Source: Tubiluchus corallicola (lineage: Eukaryota; Animalia; Priapulida). Taken from it: 19,941 nt of DNA. How positions within the stretch are numbered: the first letter of the stretch is position 1; the number at the start of each line of letters is the position of its first letter. The position numbers were made by a program, and so were the translations under genes. Shown piece by piece: positions 11,108 through 19,941 of the stretch. The stretch is from the NCBI GenBank assembly GCA_030141605.1, contig JAQGDQ010002376.1:1-19941 (forward strand), read 5' to 3'. Under the pieces are notes generated by a model. It ran no database searches and had not been told where the DNA came from. It saw nothing but the letters and a program-made list of their open reading frames with translations.

Positions 11108-13519
11108 GGTTGTGAAGATTTAAAGCCCGGCCCCCAATGACAACTAACAAAAGCATGAATGTTGGATTCTTCAAATCAGTTTATTCAACTTCTACAGCAT
11201 AAGGCCCTCTTAGTTGGGTGCAAGTCTAAAACAACAAAAAGAGAAGAGATATTCTGGTATTTACAAAATTAAAATAAGTTTTTGAAATACTAAATGTAAT
11301 AAGTACAAATAACGAAAAATAAATTACAGATATTTTAGCGTATATCATTGAATAATGCTGTTCCTAGTGCTAATTAACTTTTATTCACCAGCGGACTCTT
11401 TGAAGCTGCTATGAATCTCACGTATTAATGCTGTTACTAAAGACATTTCTGTATTCTCATTATGCAGTAACTATTCACAGTAAATTAATTCCACTTAATC
11501 TCTGTAGGCCTCTGAGCTGCAGCCGATAAAGCCTCTGCCTTAATCCCATACTGCCTTGGGCATAGACAAAACTCTCTGTTCACACGACAATGAGAGTTGT
11601 TGGGAACTGCTTGCCACTTTCTGTGTTAAACGTTTGTGCAGAATTAAGTCAAAACATCCCTATCATAAACTAACAATAAAGCAGCATGTACTTTCTAGTA
11701 TAATTGTAAAGTCATATTAAGTTGAGTTAAGTTAACTTCTCGAAACAATGATATACATTTGGTCTACTCTTTTATGAGTAAAGTTTAATTTTTTAAGACA
11801 TACATTAGTCAACTTAATAAATCCTAGAATGAAACAAAATTAAATAAAACAACATCGAATAAAATAATGATAAGCCTGAAATGCTCTTGCAGTCGAAGTT
11901 ATGAACTTGTTTTCTTTGCAACACAATCTCTACATTTTTAAACTTTCACAATTTTACATGCATATTTTAACTTTGTGGCTGCCACCAAATTAGAATGCTT
12001 TTCATATTATGTGGCCTCTTTCATACATTTATTAGTTGTTGTAATGAAGTTGAAAAATGTTTGTATTAATTTTTTATTGTTTACAATATACGATGGGAGA
12101 GACCGGAAGGACATAAAGCTTATTTCAAAAAACTCCAATTTTACAAAATATATACGTATAAGTTAATGTTGTATTTCGTAAATATTGCAAGGGGAACTGA
12201 AGGAGTTTTATAAAAACCTAATCTGGTTCAGAACAACTCCAGTAGAACTGAACAGGCGCCCACTCTCAATACTGGGATGTGTTACAAAGAAAAAAAGCCA
12301 GTGTTGGATAAAATTAATTCATTTTAACAATCAGCAATAACTGTAATTTAGTTCATAATTGATGATGCATGTAAGAATAACAAAATAGCAATTCATGAAC
12401 GCTCCTAAGTTGTTTTAGTACAAATTCATAATAGCCAATATAATGTCTACTCATGATACAGCAATGGCGGTAACTGCTAAAGGAGCTTAGATTTGACAAT
12501 CAAAATCATCAAATTTACAGTAAAATCAAGATTTTTAATTAGATTAAAAATTACCATGGTTGGTAAATAATATATATATATATCGTAAATCAAAAAGTAT
12601 TAAAAAAGTATTTATAAATCAAATGCCATACAGTAACGAGTTTGGAGAGAGCAGCAGCAGCAGCACCTATGGTAGGTTCATGAACTGATGAAAAGTGACG
12701 AGTGGAATGCAAAAGGAACCAGCACTAATTAAACATTGTCGGAGCTATCATCCTACACCTAAAATATAATTACAAAATCGCCATTATAATTATTATTATT
12801 ATATAATATAATTATATATTAGTCGTTGGAATATCACGTGTCGGGTACGAGCAATCAACCTAAAACGAGCAATAAAAGATTTTCCTTACTGCCCAATACG
12901 GTAGTAATAAAAATTCGCCTACAATATATTTGTACGTATAATTATTTAATATTTTCGTCTTAGAAAACGAAGTTTTCTCTCTTTCAATGACACGTTTCAT
13001 AAAATTTCTTTCGCAGCTAGAAATTTCAGATAGATGAATAATGCTAATGGCTTCAACGAGCATATTTATGTTAATAATGATGCCCAAATTTCATAGGCGC
13101 TGTTTGAAGTTTAAGAAACGAGAAACTAGCTTTTCTTTGGCATTCATGAAACGTCTTTGTATTTAACAAGACTTGCTAGGAAACAAATAATTTTTCATTT
13201 TTCAAACCCCATCTGAAGTTTTGACATGATCAACCAAAAAGAATGAAACATGATAATATTGATATGTGACCAAATTTCCATTAACATCAAATTATTCTCC
13301 ATTCCAACTTTTAGCGCTGTGTATTTTCTTTTCTTATGCCATTCAGCACACACATATAATCGATACAATGGTCAGTTTTAGTAAACCTTTGTGTGGTCTG
13401 TGATGCGGATAACAAAAACAAGGTACAGTGTTTATCTTAGCCTTGGAAGTGCACAGTGTTTTACATTACTTAGCATTACACTTACCCGTTTGAAACATAA
13501 CAGAGAAAGAAAATTCTTA

Positions 13520-13715
13520 GTAATTCCCACTGTGTGCCATTGACTCACCAAAAATGTATTTTTAATTTTATTATCACAACACTTTTGCTTAGTTAATGAG
13601 ATGCGCGCTCCGAGTGGACAGGTCCTCCGATTATTTTTTTAAACTTTACTGAACTTAACTCACCCTTATCTATACTTATTTCGAATGACTTATCGTCAAA
13701 ATGGTTGCACTTAAT
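13520..13715 (+). mobile_element. Diverged internal fragment of the Kolobok-like family
   Basis: CCAAAAATGTATTTTTAATTTTATT...GATTATTTTTTTAAACTTTAC...GAATGACTTATCGTCAAAATGG is colinear with ~10480-10650. Confidence 0.6.
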
Positions 13716-13988
13716 GCCTGCCTTGCTGTTAATACAAGTTATAATACGTCCAAGGTATTATAGAGCAAGCAGTTGCACAGCCTGCCTGAATATAAGCACT
13801 ATGCAAATACATGTAATTAATAGTGACCACGTAGAAACAAGGTTAATAGTGTTTCTAATACACTACAAGTAATTGCTTAATCTGCTCATTACATAAAGGA
13901 CCAATAAATTCACAATAGAGATTAGCGGGACAGAACTATCAGCCTAGGGTGTCATAAAGTCTTGATACACCCCTGAGCATTTAACTCA

Positions 13989-14088
13989 AGCACAAGAAAA
14001 CCCTCCCGTCACATAAAGCTCAAAAAAATTGTCTTGAAATTTTATACCACCTACATTATGCTTTTTTGCATGCAGGGCTTGCATCAGC
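13989..14088 (-). mobile_element. Inverted copy of the right end of the Kolobok-like family
   Basis: AGCACAAGAAAACCCTCC...GAAATTTTATACCAC...CTTGCATCAGC is a diverged reverse complement of 15389-15488. Confidence 0.75.
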
Positions 14089-14944
14089 AGTAAAAATCAT
14101 CAAAATGTGGTCATCATGAAAATTAAACCGTCACTAAGCAATGCTAGATGGTGGGCCATTACTTTGTTTACATCATGACATCAGTGTAACCAAGCACTGA
14201 GTAATGAATGTACTTAACGTGATCGTTTCTACGTATACGCTTGCAAACCAAAATCGTCCGTAAGTCGGCATAGTTGAAACTAGGTTATGATGCTTCAAAG
14301 TAGAATGCACCAAAAATTTGATCTAATGTCTATTTTTTTCGTATTTTATCAAAACAAATGCTAAGTATATTGGACTTTTATATTCTAGCACTAAATTGTC
14401 AAGAAAATGTTTAAAAATGCTAAAAATCTAATTTTATAACCTCGAACTCACTTTTCTGTCTAGAAACTTGTACTACAACTAAGAAAAACTTTTATTTTCA
14501 AACTCCGATAGTAGCTCATGGACATATCGTTTTGCTTCGAGTTTTTTCTGTTGCCAAGCCCAGATCATTGCCAGGAAGTGCCATCTACTGGATTTAAACA
14601 TTGTGTTTTTGCAAAGTCCATAGCAACCAACATTTGTACTGTTGCCAAGTGTTTTGTAGAAATGCGACAAAAAATAATGGCCAACTTTAACATTGATTTT
14701 CTCAAGATTATGTTTTTTAGTGTGCAGCCTGCACCTCAACTTCAACGTAGATTATCTCAGCTTAGAAATAACATAGAGCGATGAACTTGGTATCAAAATG
14801 ATCCTCATGAAGTTGAGATTCGGGATATCTGAATAACGAAAAAAGCTTAATTGCCGACTGTGGACGTTTTTGCTGTGCATATATATATATATATATATTT
14901 ATGTAGATATTGTACTTAGTAAGCATCAAGTTAAGACTTACTAA

Positions 14945-15488
14945 ACCAAACGTAACCTCTGTTTCGACGGGGCCATTACATGACGTCACTAAAACACGCA
15001 AATCAGGGGAAGAATAGGCAAATGTTAAATTATGACCCAAAAAAAACTTTCCGTGCAAATCTACATTACTAAGCATTTCACTTACCTGCTGGAAAAATTT
15101 ATGTAACTAGACTAATAATTTAAAATGTCTGTGCCAGTTGGTAAAATGTCGCTGACTCACCCTCCAGGGTGCGCCACTCACTAGCCAAAAACGTATTTTT
15201 AATCTTATTAACAAGATATAGTAATTTAAAATTTTACTTAATTAGCAACATGTGCGCTACCAATGCTCTGATTATTTTTTCAAACTTTACTCAATGTTAT
15301 TAACAAGTTTCAACAACCTGCTATTAAAATGGCTGCACCTAATGGTCATCGCTGGAGTTTAAATTTACACGTTTTATACAGCGTTAAGGCCGATGCAAGT
15401 CATGCATACGAAAAGATGGTACGTAAGTGGTATAAAATTTCGAGACAAATTTTTTAAGCTTTTAGTAAGTGGAGGGTTTTCTTGCGCT
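14945..15488 (+). mobile_element. Second, 5'-truncated copy of the Kolobok-like element
   Basis: Shares GCCATTACATGACGTCA, AAAACTTTCCGTGCAAATCTA, GTAAAATGTCGCTGACTCACCCTCCAGGGTGC and GGAGTTTAAATTTACA with 10240-10794. Ends GGGTTTTCTTGCGCT|TTAA (TTAA at 15489-15492). Confidence 0.85.
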
Positions 15489-15588
15489 TTAATAAAAACT
15501 AATCAGTATTGATCTTTTTACAGGTGAATAAGAATCATGGTGTGACAGTGAATGAATTTTGTTTTGCACCTATTAATCTGATAGGAGA

Positions 15589-15622
15589 ATGTCTGATGAG
15601 GAGAAGCGGAAACCTCAGTACA
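15589..15622 (+). CDS. Gene B (CS/p23-like domain protein) coding exon 1
   Basis: ATG at 15589, preceded by possible acceptors at 15522-15523 (tttttacAG) or 15583-15584 (ctgatAG). Encodes MSDEEKRKPQY. Donor ACA|GTAAGT at 15623 is phase 1 and matches the next exon. Confidence 0.75.
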
Positions 15623-15759
15623 GTAAGTAGATCTTACCAGGATTATTCCCAAATTTGTGCAGTTGAAATGCTGTCACACTGAGCGTAAATCTCAGTACAG
15701 TAAGTAGATCTTACCAGGATTATTCCCAAATTTGTGCAGTTGAAATGCTGTCACATTGA
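15610..15759. repeat. 77-bp tandem duplication spanning the gene B exon-1 donor
   Basis: CTCAGTACAGTAAGTAGATCTTACCAGGATTATTCCCAAATTTGTGCAGTTGAAATGCTGTCACA is identical at 15614 and 15691. Confidence 0.95.
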
Positions 15760-15869
15760 AGTTGTTCTCAGTAATGTGTTCATCGTTGACGTGCAGCCTA
15801 GAATTAAGAAATTACCATAGAAAGTTATGAGCAATAAAAAGTATGTAAAATGTTTGTGTATGTATGATA

Positions 15870-15975
15870 CAGTAAGTGCTCGCTTAACGACGCTCCGTTT
15901 AGCGACGTTTCATTTTAATGACATTTAACGCTTTTTTCAGTTAACAACGCCCGTTTCACTTTAACGATGATGTTT
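15870..15975 (+). mobile_element. Tigger/pogo-like transposon end remnant
   Basis: TA|CAGTAAGTGCTCGCTTAACGACG followed by repeated TTAACGA-like motifs. A related end, TAAGTCCTCGCTTAATGACG, lies in the same orientation at 16557-16620. Confidence 0.5.
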
Positions 15976-16329
15976 TTACTTTGCGTAAAGCCAATTTTTA
16001 TTTTGTCAGCAACATTTTATCTAATTTGATGCATTAAAACATCACACATTGCATTATTCAGTTCTAAAAACGCAGTAGTAACGTAAACAGTGCAATTATT
16101 GTACATGCTTTTTCTTCCCGACTGACTACCGAGGCTGCTACCTGTTCTAAAAACACTTTTTTTTTATTTTGCAACATTTTTACTGCATCTCAGATAATGA
16201 CAGCGTTTATACTTAATTTTTAACCCTAAACATATTAAGATTTTTTTATTATAAAGTCAATAAAAATGACTCACTTTAGATGAACCTGTGCTTGTAAACG
16301 TGCTATTCAAACTGCAATCACTTTTCCAG

Positions 16330-16477
16330 CTGTATTTGATGAACAAGGTAAACCGGGATACTTCCGTGTCGTTTTGACGTTACCTCACATGAAGTTGAAG
16401 CGCTGCTTCCCAAAAATTCTCAGGAAATGTGTAGATGAAGATACTTGCATCATCAATGAGATATCCTTCAAAGAGCG
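16330..16477 (+). CDS. Gene B coding exon 2
   Basis: Acceptor cttttccAG at 16328-16329, donor GCG|GTCAGT at 16478; 148 nt, phase 1 in / 2 out. Encodes (T)VFDEQGKPGYFRVVLTLPHMKLKRCFPKILRKCVDEDTCIINEISFKE(R). Confidence 0.85.
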
Positions 16478-16556
16478 GTCAGTATCACATATCTGTACAG
16501 TCAAAATGTTCGGAGTTATTACTAGTTATATACTAATTACTTTAATAATTTAATAT

Positions 16557-16620
16557 TAAGTCCTCGCTTAATGACGCTTATGCGTTCTAGCAAAACGCGA
16601 CGTTAAGCGAGACGTCATTA
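16557..16620 (+). mobile_element. Second Tigger/pogo-like end remnant
   Basis: TAAGTCCTCGCTTAATGACG...CGACGTTAAGCGAGAC, with an internal inverted repeat CTCGCTTAA/TTAAGCGAG; similar to 15870-15900. Confidence 0.45.
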
Positions 16621-16726
16621 AACAAACTCAAAACTTGCATTGTAAATGAATTGAGATGTCGAACCAAAAATCAATGCATCAATCCTGCTTAAATTAAACA
16701 TTTTATCAGTTTTATTCACATCTCTG

Positions 16727-17163
16727 CCTCTCATTAGATGGGGACACCATACTAGCGTACAATCTTCTAGTGAAATCCCTTTCCACATTTTCAATAATAT
16801 CGATATCTCTCATTAGATGGGGACACCACACTAGCGTATGATCTTCTAGTGAAATACCTTTCCACATTTTCAATAATATCGATATCTCTCATTAGATGGG
16901 GACACCATACTAGCGTACAATCTTCTAGTGAAACACCTTTCCACATTTTCAATAATGTTGATGTCTCTCATTAGATGGGGACACCGTACTGGTGTACACG
17001 ATACTCGACAATAAGACGAACATAAGATTTAAAAGCATTAAGTAAATCCTACTGTAATCGTACTATGTTGAAGCAAAGTTTGCTACTACATGCAGGTCAC
17101 AAACGTACCTTGTACACTTTTAATCATGCCGATATCTCTCATTAGATGGGGACACCGTACTGG
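16727..17163. repeat. 79-bp minisatellite (~3.4 copies) plus one detached partial copy
   Basis: TCATTAGATGGGGACACC at 16731, 16810, 16889 and 16968 (period 79), and again at 17139. Confidence 0.92.
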
Positions 17164-17354
17164 GTTTGCTACTACATGCACGTCACAGTTTTCCATTTCC
17201 ACTTTCCCCCATTTGATTATTTTGCTTAATTAGGAACATTGGAACATTAATTTGCTTAATTAGCCAGGAATAATAATTGTTAATTACCAGCTTCTGTGAA
17301 CAATAGCCAATGTAGCATAAGAATGGCTTGTGATTTGGATGAGGTTTGTTACAG

Positions 17355-17481
17355 GTCGTTCAAATTTGACGTGACGGTGCTGCAGCCAGAAGGGTACACA
17401 CCCAAAAAAATACGTTACGTTTTGGAAGCAAAGCAGTTGCCTGGTGCTGTCATATTAGGAGAAAAGAATTGCTTTTGTGAG
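17355..17481 (+). CDS. Gene B coding exon 3
   Basis: Acceptor tttgttacAG at 17353-17354, donor GAG|GTAAGA at 17482; phase 2 in / 0 out. Encodes SFKFDVTVLQPEGYTPKKIRYVLEAKQLPGAVILGEKNCFCE. Confidence 0.88.
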
Positions 17482-17516
17482 GTAAGAAACTACTGACTTG
17501 TTCTGTTACTCGAATC

Positions 17517-17573
17517 TAGATAGTAGTAGTAGAGTAGTGGTGGTGGTGGTGGTGGTGGTGGTAGTAGTAGTAC

Positions 17574-17648
<75 letters not shown>

Positions 17649-17683
17649 AGTAGTAGTTGTAGTAGTAGTTGTAGTAGTAGTAA

Positions 17684-17752
<69 letters not shown>

Positions 17753-17787
17753 CAGCAGCAGCAGCAGCAGCAGCAGTAATAATAATA
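17517..17787. repeat. Compound trinucleotide microsatellite (TAG)n with (TGG)n, (CAG)n and (TAA)n
   Basis: Fills most of intron 3 of gene B and produces the poly-Y/T/L ORFs on the minus strand. Confidence 0.98.
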
Positions 17788-17844
17788 CACGAACCACATC
17801 ATTTTTACAATGCAAGTTTCTATTCACTTCTGTTTATTTACCAG

Positions 17845-17976
17845 TTTCCGGAAAACGAGTGCGCCGTGTTGACAATGCGGAAATGCAATCCGGGCACGAA
17901 GTGGCCGTCACTATCCGGAGTCGATGCAAGTCCGGAAGAACAGCGTCAGGAGAAGCTACAAGCCGTGCAGTCGTAG
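17845..17976 (+). CDS. Gene B coding exon 4 (terminal)
   Basis: Acceptor ttctgtttatttaccAG at 17843-17844, phase 0, TAG at 17974-17976. Encodes FPENECAVLTMRKCNPGTKWPSLSGVDASPEEQRQEKLQAVQS*; the L-x-x-x-K...W-x-x-L ending is typical of CS domains. Total protein is 146 aa. Confidence 0.88.
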   Translation, partial: FPENECAVLTMRKCNPGTKWPSLSGVDASPEEQRQEKLQAVQS

Positions 17977-18171
17977 ATGGACGTCAATCCAACTATGAGC
18001 CGTGCAGTCGTAGATGGACGTCTATCCAACTATGAACTGCGCAGTCGTAGATGGACGTCAATCCAACTATGAGCTGTGCTGTCGTAGATGGACGTCAATC
18101 CAACTATGAGCCGTGCAGTCATAGATGGACGTCAATCCAACTACGAACTGTGCTGTCATAGATGGACGTCA
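17961..18171. repeat. 37-bp minisatellite (~5.7 copies) starting in the last codons of gene B and repeating its stop codon
   Basis: Unit AGCCGTGCAGTCGTAGATGGACGTCAATCCAACTATG, with starts at 17961, 17998, 18035, 18072, 18109 and 18146. Confidence 0.95.
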
Positions 18172-18195
18172 GTCCGCTTGCACCAAACTGTTTGA

Positions 18196-18201
18196 AATAA
18201 A
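18196..18201 (+). terminator. Candidate polyadenylation signal of gene B
   Basis: First AATAAA after the stop codon, just downstream of the 37-bp array. Confidence 0.45.
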
Positions 18202-18754
18202 GAAATATCTTAACGATCCCATTTATGCAGGTATAATGTAGTAGGAATGATGCTATTAATGAATGTAGTGTAATGAATGAAGAATTGTATATCATTGTGT
18301 AAAAAAAGCAAAGTTGTTGAATGACTTCCATGGCCATTGAAATGTACAATCACATCTTATACCAAAAATACGCATGCTAGAGTAGTTACATTTAATAGTT
18401 TTGTCATTATTAGTGATTTTATTTTAGCGAAATCTCATATTTATAATGTGTCGTGTGAATCAAGCCAATGCAATATGTTTTGCATGCAGTGTGTGTGTTG
18501 CTATTTTTAGAATTGAGGGTAGTTGTGCCACCACCTACTTAAGGTAGTCGGACTCATTTGCGGGTTTGTGATGTAACTGCATACTTGAGTTCTCACACTT
18601 TTATATCTTTTTTATATGTATGTAAGTTCAAATTATAGCTGCATAAGTTTGTACTTAATTAAGTGTAGTATAATTAGATATTGCTGATGTTTTGTTTGAA
18701 AGAAGTTATGTCCGTAATGGCGAATTACTCCTTAAAAATACAATAGATTTAAGG

Positions 18755-19075
18755 GGGCAAAGTGTGTGAGAGAGTTGTGTCTGGATGGTTAAAATTTTTC
18801 TACTTTAGCTGATTTCACACAAGTGATACTGTACATTGTTACAGTGCAAACACTGCGGTTACTGAAAGTTTTTCCTCAATTTATTTATCAAAAATCGATT
18901 TTTTATTTGTCCAAGGTAAACAAATACATTTCGTATATAATTTTGCATGAAACTCCATTGCGTGAGGAGTAGAAACTTACAAAAATGATCAAACAACGTA
19001 GTCGCTGCTTAGTGAGAGCAGTTTTTCATGAACCCGGGCAAAATGCAGCTTGCAGTTATGGTTCTGAAGGAGCTA
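18755..19075 (-). mobile_element. Inverted copy of the interspersed repeat at ~9500-9690
   Basis: GATTTCACACAAGTGATACTGTACATT..TACAGTGCAAACACTGC.GTTACTGAAAG matches the reverse complement of ~9578-9635, and TGGTTCTGAAGGAGCTA (19059-19075) matches ~9499-9515. Confidence 0.8.
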
Positions 19076-19334
19076 AAAAGGTTGTTGCTGATGCTGTTCG
19101 GCTGGCAGTTTAATGAATGACTATTACAGCTTCCTAAGATTGCTGTAGATTTAGTAAGCGATTTATTGACTAAACATAGACACTCATAAATATACCAATA
19201 TTCAAAGAAATGATTCCGTTATGTAGAATGTAATATAAATTAAAGTAGAATGTAATATAAAAAAACGAAGCAATCATTACACAGAGGTAATTGACCTCAA
19301 CCACCCCCCCACCCCACCCCCAGCCACACTCCAC

Positions 19335-19525
19335 CCACATAGCTCCAGTACTTTGAAAATTAGAACTGTGCCTCCCATCCCCACCCACACACAGCTTCCA
19401 TACCTTGAAAATTAGAACTGTGCCTCCAATCCCCCCCCCACACACACAGCTTCCATACCTTGAAAATTAGAACTGTGCCTCCCATCCCCCACACAGCTTC
19501 CATACCTTGAAAATTAGAACTGTAC
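19335..19525. repeat. 47-55-bp minisatellite, 4 copies, with a variable C-rich tract
   Basis: GAAAATTAGAACTGT at 19355, 19407, 19462 and 19509. Confidence 0.92.
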
Positions 19526-19691
19526 CTCTGCGTAATGAGATCTTGATTATCTGTCATACCGGGTTCAGTAGCTTCATGCGTTCCATTTACTCTATGGTCA
19601 TCCGTGGCCAATCCACAGTGGTCATCTGCATGGATCATCCATTTCAATTTTCCATGTTGGTAATCCAGGACAGTGATTTGCATCAGTACTT
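19526..19691 (-). CDS. Candidate internal exon of a third gene of unknown function
   Basis: Unique, higher-GC island between two arrays. Minus-strand acceptor aatttAG (19693-19692), open frame VLMQITVLDYQHGKLKWMIHADDHCGLATDDHRVNGTHEATEPGMTDNQDLITQ, donor GAG|GTACAG (19525) or AAG|GTATGG (19505). No recognisable domain and no partner exon identified. Confidence 0.4.
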
Positions 19692-19726
19692 CTAAATTTT
19701 ATTGTAATCACTCATGGAAACTTTAA

Positions 19727-19941
19727 GTCCTAGATAATGTAACAGTGCAGAAACAAAGTACTTCTTGTAAATTTTAGGTGCTTCAAAATCTATCTATGTC
19801 CTAGATAATGTAACAGTGAAGAAACAAAAGTACTTCATGTAAATTTTAGGTGCTTCAAAATCTATCTATGTCCTAGATAATGTAACAGTGAAGAAACAAA
19901 GTACTTCATGTAAATTTTAGGTGCTTCAAAATCTATCTATG
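19727..19941. repeat. 71-72-bp minisatellite, >=3 copies, truncated by the window end
   Basis: TCCTAGATAATGTAACAGTG at 19728, 19799 and 19871. Confidence 0.95.

Noticed and set aside
14479-15076. ORFs of 88-104 aa as transposase fragments
   Set aside because: No DDE or other catalytic motifs; they overlap AT-rich non-coding repeat sequence and a (TA)n tract.
16330-16347. 18-nt micro-exon ending at AAG|GTAAAC
   Set aside because: Its phase is incompatible with the exon at 17355, whereas the 148-nt exon ending at 16477 keeps the frame and completes the FKERSF motif.
17506-17827. Poly-Tyr/Thr/Leu/Cys ORFs
   Set aside because: These are translations of the (TAG)n compound microsatellite in intron 3 of gene B.
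15589-17976. Assigning the symbol CACYBP to gene B
   Set aside because: Similarity is limited to CS-domain motifs recalled from memory; the N-terminal and SGS domains are absent, so orthology is unsupported.
18985-19169. Short open frames on both strands as possible exons
   Set aside because: They partly overlap the interspersed repeat shared with 9500-9690, have no recognisable motif, and do not fit the primary donor phase of the candidate exon.
19590-19691. UGA read-through (selenoprotein) frame on the minus strand, ...DDPCR-UGA-PLWIGHG-UGA
   Set aside because: No known selenoprotein motif or SECIS is recognisable, and a fully open alternative frame exists.

Overview
AT-rich, intron-containing eukaryotic DNA, most likely from an invertebrate animal (inferred from composition and repeat landscape). 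It is not prokaryotic and has no CRISPR array. Reading splice sites by hand gives two complete + strand genes that the ORF track mostly misses. Gene A has 5 coding exons (3001-3068, 3928-4084, 5588-5699, 7908-8006, 10911-11089) and encodes a 204-aa single-domain rhodanese/sulfurtransferase with an N-terminal signal peptide and an intact YCSLGYRS active-site loop. Gene B has 4 coding exons (15589-15622, 16330-16477, 17355-17481, 17845-17976) and encodes a 146-aa stand-alone CS (p23/HSP20-like) domain protein resembling the CS domain of CacyBP/SIP. A possible exon of a third gene lies on the - strand at 19526-19691. The rest is minisatellites, compound microsatellites and non-autonomous DNA transposons (a Tc2-like MITE, a Kolobok-like TTAA family, and Tigger/Tc1-like remnants). 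The most striking pattern is that tandem duplications repeatedly start inside exon 3' ends and copy the splice donor or stop codon (four clear cases plus one candidate). Most long ORFs in the supplied track are repeat artefacts.
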